NCBI GenBank assembly: GCA_004431415.1
Contig: QPMI01000439.1
Coordinates: 248,001 to 312,000 of the forward strand
Direction of reading: 5' to 3'
Source of the DNA: Cyanophora paradoxa CCMP329
Taxonomy: Eukaryota; Plantae; Glaucophyta
Length of the DNA: 64,000 bases
This document shows, piece after piece, positions 12,401 through 23,541 of the stretch. Under the pieces are notes generated by a model. It was not told the origin of the DNA and searched no databases. It saw only the letters and a program-made list of their open reading frames with translations. A program made the position numbers and the translations under genes. The stretch's first letter is position 1. Each line of letters opens with the position of its first letter.

Positions 12401-13572
12401 TCTTAAAGGCGTACCCCCCTTACCCTTTCCCCTCCCAGGAGCTCGCGTTTCTGCTGGCGGCGCGCCCCCGCATGCGATTCTTCCACTGGATCGGCCTCTG
12501 CATCTCCTCCCTCCTCCTCGACCCAATCATCGCCCAGCTCGGATTCATCTTCGGTGCGACCCCGTACCCCCCTCGACCCGCTCATTCCCCCCGTCTTCGC
12601 TCATTCCCCCCTCTTCAGTCTTCTGGTCCTTCCTGCCCACGTACCTCCGCCCCGAGCTCACGGCCGTCGTGCGCCGTACCCCCCTCGCACCTTTCCCCCC
12701 CCCCTGCGAGCGATTTTGACCGGTACCCCCGCGCAGGTGTACGGGATGAGCTTCGACCGCGCCTTCATCGTCGTCAACGCCGCCGTGCGCTGTACCCCCC
12801 TCCCCTTCTCCCCCCCTCCAGTAACGCTCGCGCTGCGCAGGCGATCGTCACGATCGGGTCCCTCTTCCTCTTCACGCTCTACTTCGAGTACAGGCACAGG
12901 GGCCCCTGGAAGCGACGCCGCCGCACCCTCGTCAAGGTCCTCTCGTCCTCCCACCAGCCTCTCTCTCTTTATGCCCCTGATCGGATTCGAACCCAGTCCT
13001 TCGTGATGCTCCTGGAGAACGTCCTCTCGCCCTTCGTCCTCCTCGCCTTCATGTCCGTCCCCTTCCTCGTCTCCATGACCCAGGTTCGAATCCTCGCGGG
13101 CCCGTTTCTTTATCGCGCCCCGGCTCACCGGCCGGCCTCCTCGCCTGCGCCCCCGCCCCCTCAGATGGCGCTGGGGATAAGGATCGCCCCGCCCAAGATC
13201 CCGACGCCGGCGGTGCCGCCCGCGGCCTCGGAGACGCTTGCGGGCCCGGCCGCCTGGTTCCGCCCCAAGTCCCGCGGCCGGCCCTCCAGCTCCCATGCCC
13301 GCTCCGCCAACCGTGCGCCCGCCCTCCTCTGCCGCCGCTGCCCTTGCGCCCTTTCTTACGGCCGCGCAGGGCACGGAGCCCCCTCGAACCCATCCTCGCC
13401 GACCCCGCGGCGGGCGAGCGGCAGCGCGGCGAGCCCGCTGCCCTCGCCCCAGCACCTCGACCCCTACGGCGACGCCGAGTCATCCGCCCCCGCCTCGGCC
13501 GCCGCCTCGCCCGCCCCCGGCCGCGTCAGCCTCTCCCGCGGCCGGGCTCACTCCGTCGAGAGCGGCACGTGA
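9485..13572 (+). CDS. multi-exon polytopic membrane protein, glycosyltransferase family 2-like (catalytic motifs degenerate)
   Basis: N-terminal TM segments (FFANVFVGLLVWILWSFP; VVGLLVSTPLL..AVSLYLLGLSAIIQLNLIM). GT2-like RIHHLVIV...VVSTLESLRHQ, VLVTCCGS, CPDAHAFL, FRQLGCRTQQELAFLL. C-terminal TM helices (FFHWIGLCISSLLL, AIVTIGSLFLFTLYF, VLSPFVLLAFMSVPFLVSM). Exons are conserved in the duplicate while introns diverge. Confidence 0.6.
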
Positions 13573-14596
13573 TCGTGGGCTCCCTGTGCTATCTGAAGAG
13601 CTGATCTGATCTGATGCTGCCCCCCATTCGCTGCACCCCGTGGGCCCCCTCGGTCACCGCACGTGCACAGTATCTTAGCTTCCCTTCGTGTCACTGCACT
13701 AAGCACGTGCGTGCTCTCGCGCCGACATAGACCGCGGGGCGCGCCGGCGCGCACGGGTGTGGTGCCGGTGTACCGAGCATGACGCGCCCGCGGCCCTCGC
13801 CCCAGAAGCCGGCCGGGACGTCCCGAACGCGGATCGTGGCCACCTGTGCTGCAGCCGCGCCGCCTGTGCTGCAGCCGCCCCGCCGAAGCCACGAGCTCCG
13901 CCCCCCTCCTCCGGCGCGGAGCACTCCGGCCCCGTTGCTGGCGTTGCTGCCCGACATGTACAAGCAGGGGGGACTCCGCACCCCCCCCCCAATTGCTAGC
14001 TGGGTACAGGTACATATGATTGGAATCACCGAATCGTCCGAGTTTCAGACTGGTGCTTTTTGACTCGACTCGCCGTAGCTCCCCGTACCCACACCCAGCA
14101 CTCTACTTGAGCTGTGTTCGAATTTGCAGGCACGGGTGCATGCACGGTTTGCTGGCTCGGCCTGTCTGGCACAACCAGTTTTTTTACTACTCAATGAATC
14201 AGTCTGACAATATTAATTACACCATTGGTCGACGAACCGACTGGCAGAATTTGTCCTTTTTTTGCCGCTCCAAGCTCACATCGATATCAGCGGTAGTTTG
14301 GTTGAGCCCAAATGTGTTCAAAACTTTCAAGTGGCATGCGCAGCCTCCGGTTTCCTAGTTGCAAATTCTCAGCCTGGCCTGGTAGTGTGGTGAAAAGGTA
14401 CTACTATAAATTGTATTATAGTTACAGCTTTGGCCGCGGGTGGATGGGGGCCGGGGGATCCCGGAGGGGGCTGGGGTGGGTGGGGGTTGGGGTGGGAGGG
14501 GCCGGGGCGGGGGGGCGGGGGGGGGGGGGGGAGACAGGGAGGTAAGGGCGAAGAAAGGGGGGGGGCGAAGGGAGGCTAGGGCGCATGGTCCGACGA

Positions 14597-17500
14597 TCAC
14601 TTCGATTTCGATTTCGATTTGGGTTTGGGTTTGCTTTCGCGCGATTTCGCCGAGCTCCTCTCCTTCTCCTTGCACGACTGCTTGTGCGCCTCCCAGTGGC
14701 CGCGCTGACATTCTGGAGAGCAGTAGGAAGCCTCCCTGATCATAATGGACGATCGCGAGTGAGAAAATCGAACGCAGATAGAACATGTGTGTAGAGCTCA
14801 GAACGAATCGTGTCCCACATGCGCACTTGCATCGCGCACAGTTGGAAAGCGAGCAGCCGCCCACGCCGCAGTGCGCGCAACTGCGCCTCGGGGCGAGCAC
14901 CCCCTCCTCGCGCAGCTCGTCGAATCTCTTCTCAACGGCGCGCTTGGTGGCTGTTTCGCCGCTGCAGTTCACGTGATACCGGGAGTGAGCTGTCGTTGAA
15001 TAATCGTGATAAATCGCAAATCACACCTTCTGAGGTTCTTGTACACAGGAAGGACGCCGCGCTCTGCTTTCTGCGCGAAATGCATTTGGGCGCTTTCGAA
15101 TTCCCGCGCTCAGGTTCGAATTCAACGTTTAACGCCGGCCTCGGGCACACCACACCGTTGTCATACCATGCGACGACTTCTTCCAGCCGCGGGCATCGCT
15201 ACAAGTTGGTTAGCATGGCAAGCGTGCACAGCGGCGAGCAAGCAATCGTTTTAAAAAATTTGAGCTGCCTGCGGGTCCTTCATGTGGAGCCACGCAATCT
15301 GGAAGTGCGCCTTCGCGTAATGTCTGAGAAGTGTTCACATTATATATACGCATGAATCGCCAGAAGAAAGCAGAAAGAAGCATTACAATTCCTCGGGAGA
15401 AGAGATGCCCACGAATGTCTGCAGGGCGGCCAAGGCTTCTGCCTCCCGCCCGACCACGCCGCACTCTCTTTGGCGGCGGCGTCTCCGGCATCAGATGCCA
15501 GCTAGCCTATAGCTAACAATTAACATTGCGAAAGAGCGCACGCGAAACCGATGTTGGCGAGAACTGTCGCTTGGAACTGCTCGAGCTCTCCAGGGGCGGC
15601 AGAAGCCTTCAGCAGCTCAAGGGCCCGCCGGTGGAGCCGTGCCCCCTCGCTGTACTCGTCCGCAAAAGTGTGGAGTCCGCCCGCGAATCTGCGGGGCCCG
15701 GGCCGTTGGGAGGCGCCGCGGCCGGTCGGACTCGAACGGCTCGCGATCGGCGCTCGCGCTCGCACTCGTGAAGTGCCCAATCGTCGGGGGCGAGCGCCAG
15801 GGCGCGCATCGCCTGCGAGGCGGCCGCCTTGGTGTTTTGTTCTTTTCCGCATTCCTGCCTCGCGCCGCGGCCCACGGTGAGGTCGCGCGAGATGACGTCA
15901 TCGAAATGCTTGCGCACGAAAACGATCCTGACGACGATTGCATCCACATTATGAGGATTTCGTGTTACGAACGCCCGAATTTGCGGCTGTACACGACGTT
16001 AACGCATGGCCAGGAGTCGCAGGCGGTTTTATATTTTTGAGTTGGTCAGGAGAATCTCGTACCAAACACTGCAGCTCAAGATGGATACCTGGCGAGAGAA
16101 CGCCAACGCGCTGGTCCCGCTTTACTGCAAACGCCAAGTGCGGGATCTGTCATAGTGTGAACAAGCTCAGAAGCGGCGGTCTTTAATTTTGGCCGCGTGT
16201 GCATGCGCACCGCTTTGCCATAGCGGCCCGTAACCCAGAGGTGGAGGCCGTCGTCCCAGCGGCGACGACAGTCCAACAGGCGGCGCGCGACCTGTGTGGC
16301 CCGTGTCGAATGCACAGGCCCGGCCAGCAGCGATCGCGAGCTGCTGCAGTCGGCACGGGGATCCGGATCGAATCACCTTGCTTCCTAAGTCCACGAATCG
16401 CTGCAGCGAGCTGCAGCTGAAGAGGTCTCTGTCATGATCAGTATCTCCAGCAACGACCTGCGTTGGAATCCTCGGCTGAAACGATTGGCCACGGGGAGAA
16501 GCGGGATCCAATGCTGTACGCCGCACCGGTTTCGGTTTGCGATCGGTGAATCCGACTTCGGAGGGACCCGCGAGCGTCTGCACGGAGTATTGATATTGCG
16601 TAAAAGAATCACCTTAAAACGCAAGGTCGATAGTACCTCTGAGATCGCAGTGCTAAAAGAAGAAGAAGGCTGTGTTTACGTACGGGAAAAAATCAAGCAA
16701 GCACAATCAATTAACCTGAAGGGCGGAATATTAATATGAGAAGACATCGCACCTCGGCGTGCTTGATGTGCCTCGAGCTCGCGATCGCGAGACTGTTGGC
16801 TTTGCCATCGGTGCCGTCGACTTTCTCCGGCTTGAGCGTGCTCGCGCGATGGGCGGCCGCCTGCCGATCCTGCAGTGCGAGCTCCATTCGCCTGAGCTCC
16901 GCTTGCGCAGCGTCGCTCCCGACATCCAGCGCGACGGCCATGTGAACGGCTTCGACGGCGGGCTCGAGTCTGCCCTGTTTCTCCAGCGCCTCTCCGAGCA
17001 GCAGGAATATCTTCGGCAAAGTCATAATCGCAAGATCAAAAGAAATTAATGAGAAGAAATCGGACATCGACAGCGCACCTCTGCAGATTGTGGGGTGTGA
17101 GGAAGCCCAATGCGCTTCAGGCAGTTGATGGCAGACTGCGCCCACCGCTCGCGCGTCTTGGGATCCTCGGCCTCTCGCGCCGCACAGTGCCAGAGCTCCA
17201 CGATTTGACGAGCGCAGTCTTTTCTGAGAGAGCTCTCAACGACAGCGTCGAGCTTGAGGAGCGCTGCGTTCAGGTGCTCGGCTGCCGCTGCGACAAACGC
17301 AAGAGCTGCAGCTGCGATGCGACTACTCGCGGGCTGCAGGCGCCGCGCGCTGTGCACGTCGAGAGCAGCAGCAGCCAGCGCCGCGCAGCGCCTCTCCAGG
17401 CTTGCTGGGTCAGAAACGGGCTGCAGGCGCGCGATGCACTCCTCCAGTACCCTTGCGGCGTCCTCAAGGACAAGGGGCAGATCGGCCAAAGTCCCAAGAA

Positions 17501-20500
17501 CCTTGTCAACGCGGCCCTGGCAAAGACGAGCTCGCGCCAAGAGCACTTTCGCCTGCGAAAGCATCACACACACACACAGTCGATATCGTGCTCTTGCGTC
17601 CACGAATAAATGCGCACCGTATCGCGTTTCTTGGCGGCCGTGGAGGCAAGTGCATGATCCGCGGGTGCACGTTTGAGCAGCACTTCACACAACCGGAGGG
17701 CCGACTTAGCCTCTCGCTCAGCGTCCTGGCCACAGCTCTCGCTCGTGGCCAAGTACTCCTCCGCCCGCTGGATGGCTGCCGCCGCGTCGCAATCGAGCGC
17801 CTTCGTGCGGAACTGGGGGTCTTTCGGGAAGGCGCCCAACGCCTCGCGAAGCACGGATCCTGCCGCGTCGCCCTTGCCCGACTCCTCCAGCGCCCGGACG
17901 AGGACCCAGTAGACCTGCACGCCGTCCGAATACGTTCGAACTCGCATGCAAAGCCAAGCCACTTTTTCGACATCGATCATGAGCACCTCTCGAGATCGCC
18001 GGAAGTGCCTCCTGTCAACTGCGAGCGCGACGCTTCTCCACAGCTTGAGCGAGGCTTGGGCCCATGAGACGACGTCGTCGTAGGGGGCGCCCTTCTCGAA
18101 CCCGGCGGACGCTGCCTTCTGCAGAAGTTCGGCGCGGACGGCGTTGCACTCGCACTTCAGCGCATCGAAGTTGGACGAGTGCTTGCGCGCCGCCCGATCG
18201 CGATCGAGCACGGCGCCGAGGTTGGCGGCGGCGTGCGCGTACGGCGCGGGCTCTGCGTGCTGCACTTTGAGGGCTTCCGAAGCGCGCCTCAGATTCTAGG
18301 AGAGGCTGCCAACCCCCCGCGCCGCCTCCAGATCACCGGCCCTACGTGAATTGTAAGCGGGATATCAGTTTAAGCCCTGAGAACAGCGCCGCTCACAGGA
18401 GGTAACAGTCGGCGGCGGCCTCGGAATTCCCGTCCTCCGCGTGCGCACGCGCCGCACTCTCGAACAGCTTCCGGCGAGCCTCACCATCGCTTTCGAGCTC
18501 AGCGCATCTTTTGAAGCAAAATGCCGCGCGCTTACGGATGCGCGACCTAGCCGTGAAAGTGAGGAGTCGGTCGGGAAGGCAGGCGGAAGAAATGATTGTA
18601 TACGTAATCCTCACATTTCGCGATCCGTAACCCCGAATTCAAAGTTCGAATGCCGCATCGATATCATGCCGAGGCACTGGAGGAACGAATTCGACGCCGC
18701 CGCGTACAGCTGCCGGCGCACGCCGGTGTCCCGCTCCAGCTCTGCCGAAGAGCCGCTCAATATGCGCAATTAATGGCTCGAGAACGAACGGTTTCAAATT
18801 AAATGCTAATTGTATAACACTGCGCACCGGCCTTCGAGCACTCCCACTCCGCCTCGGCAAACGCCGCCATGCACGCATCGCCGGCGTTTCTGTACGCTCG
18901 GGCCGCCATCTCCTGGCCGAGGAGCTGCTCTCCAAGGCGCCGCCAATCCTCCGGCGTCTTCCCGCTCCCCCGCTCCCAGGCCACACCCCGCTTCGCGCCC
19001 TCCTCAACACTCTGGCCATGGAGAAATTAAATATACACGTCAGAAATGAAATTCTAGATAACAGCTATATATAGATAGAATTTCGCACGTGCACCTCAAC
19101 AACGCCCACATCTGCGAAGAGCTTAAACATGGGCTTTCGTGTACATGAATCGTCAAACATCCTGCAAGAATTATAGACATGTGCACATTTGTAAGCTCGC
19201 GGATCAGAATAGAACAGCAGTGGACTGGATTCACGCACCAAACAGAGGCCTTTGCGCGGGTTAGCGCAGTGTACAACTGAGTGAAAACGAATATTCAGCG
19301 CCAGCCAGGAAAGATAGGACAAAAAATGCGGCCCCGGCCCCACCTGCTTCAATTCTGCCGCCACGAGCCTGTTCGCAAGCGGGTCGAAAGGTTTCCTATG
19401 CTTAACCGTTGAACGCTGCTCTTTCTCGCCTGAAACGATCGCAGATCGTGAATAAAGATAAATCCATCTGATAGCATCAAACACGCTCACCCGAACTGGT
19501 ACCGGTCTACCGGAGGCATCGGCCGCGCGCTGCAGGACAACTTCCTCGGCCGCAGAGACCGCCTCCCGCCACATTGACTCGTCAGACGCCGGCGAATCCG
19601 CAAAGAAGTTGAAGCTGCGCAGCGGCGTGAATATACAACGGCAAGCGAAGGGAAACCACGAAAGAGAAGGGCGGACAGCAGCACGTCCTCGAACTCGAGA
19701 CCCTTGGCCTCCTCGACCGTGAGCACGATCGGCGCACCCAGGAGCCTGTCCAGCTGGCTGATGCGCTCCCTCTTCTGCGACTCGCGGATGATGACGACCT
19801 GGTCCGCGCCCAGCGACCTCCTTCCTTCCGCATCGGCGAAGAGAAACGCTGTCAGGCTGCCCTCGTCCAGCCCTAGCAGAAGCAGTGGCGGCGGACCGTC
19901 GCGAAGTCCTAGTAACATCGCCAGCAGACGTTACAAAACAGAGGTGATCAAATATGCAGGGATCGGTGCACCAGAATCGCGCGGAAGATTGTCGTCAATC
20001 TCCTTAGGAAAAAGAGTCTGAAGCATGTCGACCGCGACAGCCGCGCAACGAAGCGTCCCGGAGTGCGACCGGTAATTCTGAACAAAGTGAGCAGCCGAAG
20101 GTTTCCAGCATTTAATTTCGTATGGAAAGGAAGACAAACCAGTGAGAGATTGAGCTGGTGAAACTGGTGGGGGCTCGTGGGAAAGAGCTGACAGATCATG
20201 GATTGCAGGTCGCAGAACCGGAAGACAAGGCCGCTGGCGACGGTCTGGCAGGTGTCGCCGCAGAAGAAAAGGCTGCCGAGGTCCACGGCGGCCTCCGCCA
20301 TGAGGCCCAACTCCGCTCCCGTGAAGTCCTGCACCTACAGCGAGCATGAATGCTTACAGTTTATTTAGAAACGATGAAGTTTCGGTGAAAACAGTTGAAG
20401 GGGTTTCGATTTTGCTGTCAGTCACGGCTGATTGCCGGCTAATCCGCTCGAGCGCCAGTACTTGGAGTACCGTAGAACATAAACAGAGTTTGATTCTAGT

Positions 20501-23470
20501 TTTAAGAGGTTCTGATTTTACTGTTATAATTAGGCGCGGCTACTTGCCTCGTCAGCGATGAGTTCATGCAAATGAGATCGAGCAAAGCCATCGATGTCTC
20601 TCATACCACGGTAGATGTGTTGGACAACATCCTGCAAGACGTGAGCAGGATCCTGATCAAGAACTGCAGCAGCTGCAGAGAGACTTAGAGCAGACCGTGA
20701 CATCGTATTTGTATGTCTTGTCTTGGAGTTTCAGCGCGCGGTAGCGCTCGTACATGTCGTACACCACCCGCCGCTGATCGTCGCTCGCCATGCGTGAACG
20801 CGTCCGTCCCATCTCGCAGTACTTCTCGAAGCTCGCGTACCCCTCCGGATGCAGGAGGCTCTCCGCGCTGCCGCTGCGCCAGAGGGAGGCTTAGATTCAG
20901 ACGCAATTAATATTGGATGAGGATGCAACCACGGAGCGCACGCGATCAGTGAAAGAAACTCGGTCCAGCAGAGGAGCGGGTGTGGGGCCTCCCCCTTTGG
21001 GAGGGAGCTCAGGCGGGGCCAGAAGCACTCCTTGAAGATGTCGAAGTCGATCTCTTCCTCCTCGTTCTGCCGCGGGAAGAAAGGCCGTTCCAGCATGCCG
21101 TCGAGAAGCCGAAGCCATGTGCGCCGCGAAACTGAGATAGCGCAATTGTCAGAGGCGCGGGGCGCTTCACAGCATCAAAAGCGCGCACCGAAGAGGGGGT
21201 ACATGTCGTCTGCGACATCGGCGAGGGAGGCGAGCTTGCTGAGCTCGGCCTCGCCCGAACCGATCAGGTGGTCCGCGTCCTCCTCCGCTTCCAGACCCCG
21301 CTCGTGCTCCGGTGCAAGCAAGATGTGCTTCGGCTCCTGCTGAGCGTTAGATCTTCTAGATCTGCAAAGCAAGAAGGGTGCGACGAACAGCGCCCCGCGC
21401 GCGTGCGCACCAGGCTGCTCATGTCCTTGCGGACCTTGTCGAGCAGCCGGCCGCTCTTCGTGACGTACACGGCCCGCAGGTGGCCGCTGGGGAAGGCGGG
21501 CGTCCCCAGGCTCTTCGACCAGTACGCGTGGTAGAGCGCCCACAACCTGATCATGAGAGGTGAAGTGAGGCGCACAATATAATAGCAGGAAGGGCGTCTG
21601 ACCGCGCGACAGCACATGCCGTCTTGCCCGTGCCTGATCATGAGGTGGTTAAATATTAATAGCATGCTTCAAGCTGTACATGTTCTCCATATCAGCTGCA
21701 GCTGGGAGCACCTGATCGGCCCGATACAGCAAGCGGGCCTTCCTCGCAGATGATAGCAAGCTCAGTTCTGTACGCCAAATTTTATAAGTGAAGTTCAAAA
21801 CGGCGAGAAGCACACAAGAATTCTGCAGGCTGCACACCTGATAGCATTCTGCTGGGCCGGCAGAGCAGCAAATTCTGCCTCGCGGTCCGCCAAAACCGAC
21901 CGTGCAAGCTCGGCAGCGCGTTTCCTGACATCCTTCAGTATAGGGAGATCTGCGTGCCTCGAACTCGTCAGGGTCGATTGGCGGCCCCACGTTCGAGGTG
22001 GATTAAAGCCGCACCGGCTCGCGCAGAGTTGCGAGATTTCTCCTTCGACTTGAGTGCTAGATCTAGATCTGCCGCGGCAGGTGCGAGCGCCTCGAGATGG
22101 AGCGTGTAGCCCAGGTCGACCGCTGCTGGCGGCTGCTCTGGCCGCGCGTGTGCACGCGGGAGCAGCCGTGGGAGTCGCGTGGCCCCGAGAACCGGAGGGC
22201 GCGGGGGCGGCCCTGGCCAGCCAGCCGATCGAAGTTGCTTGCGCCTGCGGAAGTCGGCCGATACATAAGAGACCAGCCGATTGACCTTGTCGTGGTCCCG
22301 CACGCCCCTGCCACGTACGCGTGTAAGACACAGCGAAGAGTTGATGGGGAAATGCAAGCACCAGATCACGATTTTGTCCCGCCAGCAGTCGTAAAGAGAC
22401 GACCAAGCCCAGACCTGCGCTCCTGCAAGTCAGCAAAGCGGACGAGAGTGAAAATCAGAAGTCGGCAATCAGCTACACACCTCTTCCCATACTAGGCGGT
22501 ACCCGCGAGTCTCGTTGCTGTCTCCCATGTAGCTCTCGAAAAGCCCCAGCCCGTCCTCCGCCTGCGATCGCCCGAATCCCTTCAGATAGCTCGCGCTAGC
22601 GCTGCAGGCAGTCTCGAAGAGAGACGCGCACGTGCTCCAGGGGCTTGGCGTGATTCACGCGCGATCGCTCCTCTCGGCCCTCCATGAAGCGCCGTATGAG
22701 GCGCAGGGCGGCACCTCGTATCGAGCGCCCGATGCTGCGCCAGTTCTTGAAGCACATTCGCGCGACCTCGATATCCCTGCAGAGGGGCGGCCGCGGGAAA
22801 GTCAGGGATCAATCGGAACGCTGCATACACAGATGATCTATATATTACTAGATGTGCAGCGCTAGTGGCCAAGCGCGGCTGCGGGGGCGCGCGCGCGCGC
22901 GTATACGTACGCGCGCGCGGCCGTCGCCGCGCGCTAGCCATATATATGAATACGGAGCGCGGCCAGGCTCACCAGAGCTTTCGCTCAGAGAACGCATCCC
23001 TCCGCATGCGCTCCTGCAGCTCCTCGAGGATCATTCGCAGATCCGCGTCGACGTCGTACGCGTCATGATCAGGATCCTTGCCCTCGAAGAGCGATCGGTC
23101 CAGCGCCTCGTCCACTTCATCTGTATCTTCTTCTACGTCATCTAGCTCGCCTGAAGCCGCTCGATCGCCGATCGTCGGCGCCCCTCGATCCGCGGCCGCC
23201 TCGAGCGTGATGCGGGGCAGGGCGGGCAGCTGCGCTTGCGGCTCATCCGTGGCATCACCGCGCGAACGATGGGCCTGCAGCTGCAGGTGCTCAAGTGCGT
23301 CCCGCATCGTCGCTGCGTTCGCTGCTCGAGCCGCGCGAGCGCCTCGCTGTAATCAACTGCTCTTGCTGCCGCCGTGGCCGGCGAATAGCGCTTTCCTCGC
23401 GCGCATTCGGCTGCTTCGGCTGCTTCCTGCAGCTGTGGCTGGCCGTATATACGTACCCCTCGCGGCGCCC
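14597..23470 (-). CDS. TRANK1/LBA1-like UvrD-type SF1 helicase with N-terminal RelE-like domain, TPR-like region and C-terminal MYND zinc finger
   Basis: Walker A GRSG|TGKT is split by an intron (~21620-21722). Other helicase motifs: VQDFT, LFFCGDTCQTVASGLVFRF, NYRSHSG, LTVEEAKGLEFEDVLL, LYTALTRAK. TPR-like helices at 15500-18900. MYND finger CAHC..CARC..YCSPECQRGHWEAHKQSC; stop at 14597-14599. The 5' end is uncertain. Confidence 0.8.
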
Positions 23471-23541
23471 ATTGTCCAGCTTTCCCGGCCGAATGTACCG
23501 CTTGCAAAAAGCGTCGCCTCCCGGAAGCCACTGCGTTACAG

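Noticed and set aside
14150-14440. AT-rich islands (also 27900-28100, 30480-30620, 49560-49720) as MITEs
   Set aside because: No convincing terminal inverted repeats or TSDs found by eye.
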